From Sphingomonas sp. (lineage in GTDB: Bacteria; Pseudomonadota; Alphaproteobacteria; Sphingomonadales; Sphingomonadaceae): DNA of 64,000 nucleotides. The stretch is taken from contig NZ_DATMGG010000184.1 in the NCBI RefSeq assembly GCF_035555815.1, positions 11,088-75,087 on the forward strand, in the 5' to 3' direction. The translations under genes were made by a program, and so were the position numbers. This document shows, one piece after another, positions 29,050 to 37,107 of this stretch. The notes below the pieces were generated by a model. The model was not told where the DNA came from. It made no database searches and saw only the letters and a program-made list of their open reading frames with translations. How positions within the stretch are numbered: the first letter of the stretch is position 1; each line of letters begins with the position of its first letter.

Positions 29050-30404
29050 GCCAATACCTCCGTCAGCGCATCGGCCAGCACGGCGACGTCCTCCGTCGTG
29101 GTCGTCTCGGTCACCGCGACCACCAGCCCGTTCTCCAGATCGGCCGCGCCCGGATAGAGCCGGCCGAGCGACACCCCCGCCAGGATATCGCTGTCCGCGA
29201 GCTGGCGGACCACCGGCCGCGCTTCCTTGTTCAGCCGCAGCGTGAATTCGTTGAAGAAGCTGGGCGTGACCAGCTCGACCCCCGGCACCGTCGCCAGCCG
29301 GTCGGCGGCGGCGGACGCGCCCGCGTGGTTGACCGCCGCGAGCTGGCGCAGCCCGGCCTCCCCCAGCAACGTCATGTGGATCGAAAAGGCCAGCGCGCAC
29401 AGCCCGGAATTGGTGCAGATGTTCGACGTCGCCTTTTCGCGGCGGATATGCTGCTCGCGCGTCGACAGCGTCAGGACGAAGCCGCGCTTGCCGTCGGCAT
29501 CCTGCGTCTCGCCGCACAGCCGGCCCGGCATCTGCCGCACCAGCTTTTCCGAACAGCCGAACAGCCCGACATACGGCCCGCCGAACTGGAGGCCGACGCC
29601 GATCGACTGGCCCTCGCCGACGACGATGTCGGCGCCCATCTCGCCCGGCGACTTGAGCAGGCCCAGCGCGACCGGCTCGGTCACCACCGCGACCAGCAGC
29701 GCCTTTTTCGCGTGGCATGCGGCGGCGAGTTCGGACAGGTCGGCGATGCGGCCGAGGATGTCGGGATATTGCACGACGACGCACGATGTGTCGTCATCGA
29801 TCCGGTCGATCAGCGACGCGGTGTCGGGCTCGGGCGCCAGCGTCGGCAGCGCCGTTTCCAGCACGTCGCCGGTGAACTTGGCCATCGTCGTCGCGACCGA
29901 CACGTAATGCGGGTGCAGCCCCGACGACAGCACCGCCTTTGCCCGCCGCGTCACCCGCCGCGCCATCACGATCGCTTCCCAGCAGGCGGTCGATCCGTCG
30001 TACATCGATGCGTTGGCGACGTCGGTGCCGAGCAGCCGCGCGACCTGCGTCTGGAACTCGAACAGCATCTGCAACGTGCCCTGCGCGATTTCCGGCTGAT
30101 AGGGCGTATAGGCGGTGAGATACTCGCCGCGCTGGATCAGGTGATCGACGCTGGCCGGGACGTGGTGGCGATAGGCGCCACAGCCAAGGAAGAACGGCGC
30201 GTCGCCCGCCGCCAGATTCTTGCGCGCCAGCTTGGCCATGTGGCGTTCGACCGCCAGCTCGCTGGCATGGATCGGCAGGCCGGGGATCGGCCCGTCGAGC
30301 TGCGTCCCGGCGGGGACGTCGGCGAACAGGTCGTCGATCGACGATGCGCCGATGGTCGCGAGCATCGTCTCGCGATCGTGCTGGGTGAGGGGCAGATAGC
30401 GCAT
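29046..30404 (-). CDS. gcvPA: Glycine dehydrogenase subunit 1
   Basis: [36 protein letters not shown]. Confidence 0.96.
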   Translation of the reverse strand: MRYLPLTQHDRETMLATIGASSIDDLFADVPAGTQLDGPIPGLPIHASELAVERHMAKLARKNLAAGDAPFFLGCGAYRHHVPASVDHLIQRGEYLTAYTPYQPEIAQGTLQMLFEFQTQVARLLGTDVANASMYDGSTACWEAIVMARRVTRRAKAVLSSGLHPHYVSVATTMAKFTGDVLETALPTLAPEPDTASLIDRIDDDTSCVVVQYPDILGRIADLSELAAACHAKKALLVAVVTEPVALGLLKSPGEMGADIVVGEGQSIGVGLQFGGPYVGLFGCSEKLVRQMPGRLCGETQDADGKRGFVLTLSTREQHIRREKATSNICTNSGLCALAFSIHMTLLGEAGLRQLAAVNHAGASAAADRLATVPGVELVTPSFFNEFTLRLNKEARPVVRQLADSDILAGVSLGRLYPGAADLENGLVVAVTETTTTEDVAVLADALTEVLA

Positions 30405-30450
30405 TCACATTCCCTTGGAAAACGAACAGGGTCGGAGGGCTGCCCTCTCC

Positions 30451-30530
30451 CCGTTCGCCCTGAGCTTGTCGAAGGGCCGTTGTTCTTCGCGGAAGAAAGG
30501 ACGGTGCTTCGACAAGCTCAGCACGAACGG
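30451..30530. repeat. Family A doublet (copy 3, gcvH-gcvPA intergenic)
   Basis: CCGTTCGCCCTGAGCTTGTCGAAGGGC ... GTGCTTCGACAAGCTCAGCACGAACGG, 80 bp. Confidence 0.92.
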
Positions 30531-30554
30531 AGGGGACGTATTCCCTTCAACCGA

Positions 30555-30926
30555 TCAGAGCCTGCTGACGAACGCCGCGTATTTGGTCTCGTCCATCAGC
30601 GCGTCCAGCTCGCCGGCGTCGGCGATCGTCAGCTTGAAGAACCAGCCCTCGCCCTCGGGGTCCGAATTGACCAGGTCGGGCTGGTCGGCGAGCGCGGCGT
30701 TGCCTTCCACCACCGTGCCGGCGATCGGGGCATAGACGTCGGACGCGGCCTTGACGCTCTCGACCACGGCGGCGTCGTCGCCCTTCGTGACGGTGCGGCC
30801 CTCGTCCGGCACTTCGACGAACACGATGTCGCCGAGCTGGCTCTGCGCGTAATCGGTGATGCCGACGGTGGCGACATCGCCGTCGACGTCGATCCACTCA
30901 TGGTCCTCGGTGAAGTAACGGCTCAT
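30555..30926 (-). CDS. gcvH: Glycine cleavage system H protein
   Basis: [22 protein letters not shown] lipoyl lysine. Confidence 0.98.
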   Translation of the reverse strand: MSRYFTEDHEWIDVDGDVATVGITDYAQSQLGDIVFVEVPDEGRTVTKGDDAAVVESVKAASDVYAPIAGTVVEGNAALADQPDLVNSDPEGEGWFFKLTIADAGELDALMDETKYAAFVSRL

Positions 30927-30929
30927 GGT

Positions 30930-32081
30930 TCAGGCTCCCGTTTTGACGGCGGTTTGGCGAACGTAACGATGCGGCACGAACGGCATCGCGGTGACGGTGG
31001 CGTGGTGGACCTTGCCGCGCTGGGTCAGCGCCAGCCGGGTGCCGGGCACGGCAAGCGCGGCGGCGACATAGCCCATCGCGATCGGCGCGCCGACGCTGGG
31101 GGCGAACCCGCCAGAGGTGATCCGCCCGACGTCGTTGCCGTCGCCGTCGATCACCAGCGCGCCCTCGCGCACCGGCTGGCGCCCCTCGACCAGCAGGCCG
31201 ACGCGCTTGACCGCCGCGCCTTGCTCGCGCTCGATCATGATGCGCTCATGGCCGGGAAAGCCGCCCTGCTCGCGCCGCCGCTTGGCCAACGCGAAGCCGA
31301 GGTCGGACATCACCGGCGTCGTCTCGGGATCCAGGTCGTGGCCGTACAGCGGCAGCCCCGCCTCCAGCCGCAGCGAATCGCGCGCGCCCAGCCCGATCGG
31401 CTTGACCTCGGGCGCGGCGGTCAGCGCGTCGGCCAGCGCCTCGACAGCGTCGGCCGGCACCGAAATCTCGAAACCGTCCTCGCCGGTATAGCCCGACCGG
31501 CTGATCCACAGCGGGGTGCCGTTCCAGTCGAACCGGGCGCCGGTCATGAATACCAGCGCGCCGACGCCGGGCACCAGCCGGTCGAGCACGTCGACCGCCT
31601 TCGGCCCCTGCAGCGCCAGCAGCGCCTGATCGTCCATGTGGTTGAGCGTGATCGCGTCGGGCAACAGATCGCGCAAATGGCCGATGTCGTCATATTTCAC
31701 CGCGCCATTGACGACCATGTAGATGCCGTCGTCCCAGCGGCTGATCATCAGATCGTCGAGGATGCCGCCATTGTCGGCGAGCAGCAGCGAATATTTCTGC
31801 GCCAGCGGCTTCAGCGCCGCCACGTCCGCGGGAATCACCCCCTCCAGCGCGGCGTCGAGCCCGTCGCCGGACAGCAGCAGCTGCCCCATGTGGCTGACGT
31901 CGAACAGCCCGGCGTTCTCGCGCACCCACTGGTGCTCGGCCATGATGCCTTCATACTGGATCGGCATGTGATAGCCGGCGAATTCGACCATGCGACCGCC
32001 CTTCGCGCGGTGCCAGGCATCGAGCGGCAGCGTGCCGATCTCGACGGGTTCGGGCTGGTCGATCGTATCGGGGTCGCTCAT
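30930..32081 (-). CDS. gcvT: Glycine cleavage system T protein
   Basis: GLFDVSHMG, RSGYTGEDGFE, GLGARDSLRLEAG. Confidence 0.97.
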   Translation of the reverse strand: MSDPDTIDQPEPVEIGTLPLDAWHRAKGGRMVEFAGYHMPIQYEGIMAEHQWVRENAGLFDVSHMGQLLLSGDGLDAALEGVIPADVAALKPLAQKYSLLLADNGGILDDLMISRWDDGIYMVVNGAVKYDDIGHLRDLLPDAITLNHMDDQALLALQGPKAVDVLDRLVPGVGALVFMTGARFDWNGTPLWISRSGYTGEDGFEISVPADAVEALADALTAAPEVKPIGLGARDSLRLEAGLPLYGHDLDPETTPVMSDLGFALAKRRREQGGFPGHERIMIEREQGAAVKRVGLLVEGRQPVREGALVIDGDGNDVGRITSGGFAPSVGAPIAMGYVAAALAVPGTRLALTQRGKVHHATVTAMPFVPHRYVRQTAVKTGA

Positions 32082-32147
32082 CACCGGCCTTCACAACAGA
32101 GGGAATCGCGACGGTCACGCGCCTTGCCGCGCCTGTGTCCGCCGCCC

Positions 32148-32388
32148 CCTCTGTCACGGAAACCTGAGAGCTTTGACCCCGTGCTGTCGCCGGGGCTTAC
32201 ACCTTCGGTGGCCCGGCTCTCACCGGACGCTTTCCAGAGTGTCGGGCCTCGCGCGGTCCCTGGTGCCTGAGAGATTCCGGGGCGGTTGCTCCTTCGGCGG
32301 CGGGGCACCCCGTTGCTCCGATCGAACCACCGGCACGCCGGCGACGATCGGAGAGGTGACCCAGCACTCTCCCGCGCGAGCCTCGACC
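32148..32388 (-). ncRNA. Tandem glycine riboswitch
   Basis: Two aptamers on the minus strand: GGAGAG..CCGAAGGAGCAA..CTCTCAGG..GGACCG and CTCTGGAAAG..CACCGAAGG..CTCTCAGG..GACAGAG; upstream of gcvT. Confidence 0.93.
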
Positions 32389-32480
32389 GGTTGCCCGGTC
32401 TCGACGCGCCGTCTGTGGCGAGCGCGCCGGGCCGAGTCAATCGCGGAAAATGCAATGCCGCGCCGGGTGCGGACGCGCGG

Positions 32481-33971
32481 CTACTCGCCGAACGCGCGCG
32501 CGATCAGATCGCGGGTGGAGGCATCGAAATCGCTACCGCCGGCGCCCGCCGCCTTGGCCATTTCCTTGCCCAGCTCGACGCCGAACTGGTCGAACGGGTT
32601 GATGCCCAGCAACGTCGCGTTGACGAACACGCGGTGCTCGTAAAAGGCGATCAGCGCGCCCAGCGTGCGCGCGTCGAGCGTGTCGAGCAGGATCGTCGTC
32701 GACGGCCGGTTGCCGGGATAGGCGCGCGCGGCGTCGTCGTTCGGCCGGCCCTTCATCAGCGCGGCGCCCTGGGCAAAGGCGTTGAGCAGCAGCTGGCGAT
32801 GATGGTCCTCGTCCAACAGATCGCCCGGCTCGATCGCCGCGATGAACTCGACGGGGACCAGGTGGGTGCCCTGGTGCAGCAGCTGGAACACCGCGTGCTG
32901 CGCGTCGGTGCCGACCCCGCCCCAGGTGATCGCCGCGCTCGGCCGGTCGAGCGGCCGGCCGTCGATCGTCGCGCGCTTGCCGTTCGATTCCATCTCGAGC
33001 TGTTGCAGGTAGCTCGGCAACAGCCGCAGCCGCTCGTCATAGGCAAAGGTGGCGCGCGTCTCGCACCGCTTGACCTGGGTGTAATAGAGGTCGGCGAAGG
33101 CGGCGAGCGCGGGCGCGTTCTCGTGCAGCGCGGTCAGCCGGAAATGGCGGTCCATCTCCGCGGCGCCCTCCAGCAGTTCCTCGAACGCGTCCCAGCCCAG
33201 CGCCAGCGCGGCGGGAAAGCCGATCGACGACCACAGCGAATAGCGCCCGCCGACACTCTCCGAAAAAGGCAGCACCCGCGTTTCGTCGACGCCCCATTCG
33301 ATCGCCTTGTCGGGGGATGCGGTCAGCGCGATCACCCGGCCGTGCGGATCCTCGGCGCCGCCTTCGCGCATCCATTGCAGCGCGCTTTCGGCGTTGAGCA
33401 TCGTCTCGGTGGTGGTGAAGGTCTTGGACGCGATCACCAGCAGGGTCGCGGTCGGATCGAACCGCGCGAACGCCTCCTCCAGCGCGGCGCCGTCGACGTT
33501 CGACACCACCATCACGTCATAGCGTTCCGCCTCGCGGCCCAGCGCGTCGACCAGCAGGTCCGGCCCCAGCGCCGATCCGCCGATGCCGATGTGCAGGACG
33601 TGGCGGATCGGGCCCAGCGCCTCCGCCTCGATCGCGTCGATCAGCGCGCGCATCCGGGCGTGGAGCGCGCTGGCGCGGGCGACGCTGTCGGGCGCGCCCT
33701 CGCCGCGTTCGGCGGTGTGTTCGGCGGCGCGGTGCTCGCTGGTGTTGACCTCCTCGCCGGCGAACAGCGCGTCGCGTCGCGCCGCCAGCCCAGCCGATTT
33801 CGCCAGCGCCTGGAACGCGGCCAGCGCGGCGGCGTCGAGGTGGGTCTTGGAAAAATCGAAATGGAGGCCGGGCAGGTCGACCGAAAGGCGCGCGACCCGG
33901 CCGGGATCGGCGGCGAACAGATCGAGCAGCGCGGGGGGATCGAGTGCCTCGACTTGGGTCCAGTCCGCCAT
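32481..33971 (-). CDS. pgi: Glucose-6-phosphate isomerase
   Basis: GIGGS.LG, SKTFTT.ET, VGGRYSLWS, QQLEMESNGK, FDQFGVELGK. Confidence 0.97.
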   Translation of the reverse strand: MADWTQVEALDPPALLDLFAADPGRVARLSVDLPGLHFDFSKTHLDAAALAAFQALAKSAGLAARRDALFAGEEVNTSEHRAAEHTAERGEGAPDSVARASALHARMRALIDAIEAEALGPIRHVLHIGIGGSALGPDLLVDALGREAERYDVMVVSNVDGAALEEAFARFDPTATLLVIASKTFTTTETMLNAESALQWMREGGAEDPHGRVIALTASPDKAIEWGVDETRVLPFSESVGGRYSLWSSIGFPAALALGWDAFEELLEGAAEMDRHFRLTALHENAPALAAFADLYYTQVKRCETRATFAYDERLRLLPSYLQQLEMESNGKRATIDGRPLDRPSAAITWGGVGTDAQHAVFQLLHQGTHLVPVEFIAAIEPGDLLDEDHHRQLLLNAFAQGAALMKGRPNDDAARAYPGNRPSTTILLDTLDARTLGALIAFYEHRVFVNATLLGINPFDQFGVELGKEMAKAAGAGGSDFDASTRDLIARAFGE

Positions 33972-34051
33972 GCCAATCTCCTCGCTATAACCCTGCGCGC
34001 TCTACCGTCTAACGCTTGACGCGCAACTTTTGCCGACACATGCCACCGGAC

Positions 34052-34867
34052 ATGGCCAAATCCTCCAGCACGACCCCCGGCAAGCCGAAACGTTCCGAAT
34101 GGCGCGAAACGCTGGGCTTTCTCGTCAAGCTCGCGCTTGTCGTGTTCATTTTCCGCAGTTTCGTGCTGTCGCCCTTTTCGATCCCCAGCGAATCGATGCT
34201 GCCGCGCCTGCTGATCGGCGACTATCTGTTCATCTCGAAATGGAACTACGGCTACTCGCGCCATTCGCTGCCGCTCAGCCTGCCGCTGATCCCCGGCCGG
34301 GTCTTCGGCAGCACGCCGGCGCGCGGCGACGTGGTGGTGTTCAAGGCGCCGCCGGGCAACAAGGCCGACTATATCAAGCGCGTGATCGGGCAGCCCGGCG
34401 ACACCATCCAGATGCTGCGCGGCCGGCTGATCCTGAACGGCAAGCCGGTACCCAAGCAGCGCGTCGCCGATTTCATCGTGCCGATCACCCCCAATTACGG
34501 CTGCGAGGGCCAGTTCCAGGATGAGGTCGGCGGAAAGCCGGTGTGCCGCTACCCGCAGTTCCGCGAGACGCTGCCGAACGGCAAGAGCTACAACGTGCTC
34601 GATCGCGGCTATTTCCCGCAGGCCGACGATACCGGGGTCTATACCGTGCCCGCCGGCCACCTGTTCATGATGGGCGACAATCGCGACGCCAGCGCCGACA
34701 GCCGCTTCCCGGCGGTGGAGGGTGAGGCGATCGGCATGGTCCCGCTGGAAAATGTCGAGGGCAAGGCGCTGGTCGGCTTCTGGTCGACCGACGGCAACGC
34801 CCGGTGGCTGCTGCCATGGACATGGTTCACCGCCGCGCGGTGGAACCGGATCGGGATGGGGTTCTGA
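34052..34867 (+). CDS. lepB: Signal peptidase I
   Basis: IPSESMLP (Ser), YIKRVIG (Lys), GDNRD.S.DSR; start 34040 or 34052. Confidence 0.96.
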   Translation: MAKSSSTTPGKPKRSEWRETLGFLVKLALVVFIFRSFVLSPFSIPSESMLPRLLIGDYLFISKWNYGYSRHSLPLSLPLIPGRVFGSTPARGDVVVFKAPPGNKADYIKRVIGQPGDTIQMLRGRLILNGKPVPKQRVADFIVPITPNYGCEGQFQDEVGGKPVCRYPQFRETLPNGKSYNVLDRGYFPQADDTGVYTVPAGHLFMMGDNRDASADSRFPAVEGEAIGMVPLENVEGKALVGFWSTDGNARWLLPWTWFTAARWNRIGMGF

Positions 34868-35529
34868 GCGCCGATCTCGATGCCTGGCTGGCGGCGACGC
34901 TGGGCGTCGCCCCCGCGCACCGCGCCGCGTTCGAACGCGCGCTGACCCACGGCAGCCAGGCCGCCGAAAACTACGAGCGGCTCGAATTCCTGGGCGATCG
35001 GGTGCTGGGGCTGACCATCGCCGAATGGCTGTACGAACGCTTCGCGCATGAGCCGGAGGGGCAGTTGTCCAAACGGCTCAACGCGCTGGTGACCGGCGCG
35101 GTGTGCGCCGACGTCGCGCGCGAGCTGGGCGTGCCGTCGCGGCTCAGGCTGGGCAAGCAGGCGCGCGACGACGGCGCCGCCGCCAGCGACAATGTGCTGG
35201 GCGACGTGATGGAGGCGTTGATCGGGGCGCTCTATCTCGATCAGGGGCTGGATGCGGCGCGGGCGTTGGTCCGCCGCTGCTGGGCTGGCCGGATCGACCA
35301 GTTGCGCGTGCCACAGCACCCCAAATCGGCGCTCCAGGAATGGGCCGCCGCACACAATCGCCGCCCGCCCGAATATGCTGTGGTCGACCGCAGCGGTCCC
35401 CAGCACGCGCCGCGCTTCCGGGTGCAGGTGACGATCGGCAAGCTCGCCGACGCGGTGGGCGAGGGCACGTCGAAGCAGGAAGCGGAAACGGCGGCGGCGG
35501 CGGCGCTGCTGGCGGCGCTGGCGGGGTGA
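34864..35529 (+). CDS. rnc: Ribonuclease III
   Basis: ERLEFLGDRVL signature, D.MEALIGA, C-terminal dsRBD (PKSALQE); start ambiguous (CTG 34864, GTG 34840 or ATG 34822). Confidence 0.95.
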   Translation: MSADLDAWLAATLGVAPAHRAAFERALTHGSQAAENYERLEFLGDRVLGLTIAEWLYERFAHEPEGQLSKRLNALVTGAVCADVARELGVPSRLRLGKQARDDGAAASDNVLGDVMEALIGALYLDQGLDAARALVRRCWAGRIDQLRVPQHPKSALQEWAAAHNRRPPEYAVVDRSGPQHAPRFRVQVTIGKLADAVGEGTSKQEAETAAAAALLAALAG

Positions 35530-35567
35530 GGGTGCCCCCATCCGTGATCGCGATGCTTGCGGCGAGC

Positions 35568-35662
35568 AAGAGCGGTGCTTCGACAAGCTCAGTACGAATG
35601 GGCGTGTTTTGGTACGCTCCATTCTTTCCCGTTCGTGCTGAGCTTGTCGAAGCACCGCTCTT
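35568..35662. repeat. Family A arm pair in inverted (right arm then left arm) order, upstream of the GIY-YIG gene
   Basis: AAGAGCGGTGCTTCGACAAGCTCAGTACGAATGGG -25 bp- CCCGTTCGTGCTGAGCTTGTCGAAGCACCGCTCTT; 35-bp stem with 2 G:U pairs. Confidence 0.92.
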
Positions 35663-35680
35663 CAGCCTGGGCGGCGAACG

Positions 35681-36070
35681 ATGAGCTTTTGCGCCTATAT
35701 GCTCCATTGTCGCGGCGGTGTGTTCTACGTCGGCCATACCGAGAACCTCGACCAGCGCATCGCCGCACATCATGCCGGCGAGTCCGCCTACACGCGCCAA
35801 TATTTGCCGCTCGAACTGGTCTGGTCGCAGGATTTTCCCAACCGTCTGGAGGCCTTGGAGGCCGAGCGCCGGATCAAGGGGTGGAGCCGGGCGAAGAAGC
35901 TGGCGTTGATCCGTGGGGACTGGACCGCGATTTCGGTGCTGGCGGCGAGCAAGAACGGTCCTTCGACAAGCTCAGGACGAACGGGGGCGGGTGAGGCGCA
36001 TCAAAGCCATTCCGTTGGTGCTGAGCCTGTCGAAGCCCCCACCTCCTCATCAACAAGGCTTATCCCATGA
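35681..36070 (+). CDS. Stand-alone GIY-YIG nuclease (UPF0213/YhbQ-like), REP-flanked
   Basis: AYMLHC..G.FYVGHT.NL..R...H ... EALEAERRIKGWSRAKK.ALI; tail translated through family A arms; stop overlaps the era ATG. Confidence 0.88.
   Translation: MSFCAYMLHCRGGVFYVGHTENLDQRIAAHHAGESAYTRQYLPLELVWSQDFPNRLEALEAERRIKGWSRAKKLALIRGDWTAISVLAASKNGPSTSSGRTGAGEAHQSHSVGAEPVEAPTSSSTRLIP
35960..36036. repeat. Family A arm pair (right arm then left arm) at the 3' end of the GIY-YIG gene
   Basis: CCTTCGACAAGCTCAGGACGAACGGG -26 bp- CCGTTGGTGCTGAGCCTGTCGAAGC. Confidence 0.9.
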
Positions 36071-36960
36071 CCCAACATTGCGGCCTGATCGCCGTGGTCG
36101 GCGCGCCCAATGCCGGCAAGTCGACGCTCGTCAACGCGCTGGTCGGGCAGAAGGTGGCGATCGTCAGCCCCAAGGCGCAGACCACGCGCGCGCGGCTGAT
36201 GGGGATCGCGATCCACGACGCCACCCAGTTGCTGCTGGTCGACACCCCCGGCATCTTCGAGCCGCGGCGCCGGCTCGATCGCGCGATGGTCTCGGCGGCC
36301 TGGGGCGGCACCGAAGGGGCGGACCTGATCGCGCTGGTGGTCGACGGCAAGGGCGGCATCGGGCCAAAGGTCACCACGATCCTCGAATCGCTCGCGCCCC
36401 GGCCAGAGCCGAAGCTGCTGATCCTCAACAAGGTCGACATCGCCGACAAGCCGCGCCTGCTCGGCCATGCGGCGAAACTCAACGAGGCGCTGCCGTTCGC
36501 GGAGACCTTCTTCGTCAGCGCGACCACCGGCGACGGCGTGCCCGAGCTGAAGGCGGCGCTGGCGGCGCGGATGCCGGAGGGGCCGTGGCATTTCCCCGAC
36601 GATCAGGTCGCCGACATGACCGACCGGATGCTGGCGGCGGAGGTGACGCGCGAGCAGCTCTATCACCAGCTCCACGCCGAACTGCCCTATGACAGCGCGG
36701 TCGAGACCGAACGCTATCAGGAGCGCGACGACGGATCGGTCGAGATCCACCAGCAGATCCTGGTCGCGCGCGACACCCAGCGCGCGATCGTGCTGGGCAA
36801 GGGCGGCAGCCGCATCAAGGAGATCGGCGCCAAGGCGCGCGCCGAGCTGAAGGAACTGCTCGGCGTGCCCGTCCACCTCTATCTGCACGTCAAGGTCAAC
36901 CCGCGCTGGGAAGAGGACCGGAGCCTCTATCGCGACATCGGGCTGGATTGGGTCGACTGA
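36067..36960 (+). CDS. era: GTPase Era
   Basis: GAPNAGKST, QTTR, DTPG, NKVD, KH domain (LGKGG..IK.IG). Confidence 0.97.
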   Translation: MTQHCGLIAVVGAPNAGKSTLVNALVGQKVAIVSPKAQTTRARLMGIAIHDATQLLLVDTPGIFEPRRRLDRAMVSAAWGGTEGADLIALVVDGKGGIGPKVTTILESLAPRPEPKLLILNKVDIADKPRLLGHAAKLNEALPFAETFFVSATTGDGVPELKAALAARMPEGPWHFPDDQVADMTDRMLAAEVTREQLYHQLHAELPYDSAVETERYQERDDGSVEIHQQILVARDTQRAIVLGKGGSRIKEIGAKARAELKELLGVPVHLYLHVKVNPRWEEDRSLYRDIGLDWVD

Positions 36961-36967
36961 CAAAGAA

Positions 36968-37025
36968 TCGGGAGAAGGACGGGGCCGCAGGCAGGGGGCC
37001 CCCGGTGAAACCGTCCCTCTCCCGA
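36968..37025. terminator. Inverted repeat between convergent era and TonB receptor (terminator or REP remnant)
   Basis: TCGGGAGAAGGACGG ... CCGTCCCTCTCCCGA. Confidence 0.45.
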
Positions 37026-37107
37026 GCCTATCCCTCAAGCGAGGGGGGCCTCGAGCGTCGAGTCATAATACGGTAGACAGGGCGATCCTGAACTAACGCA
37101 GATCACT

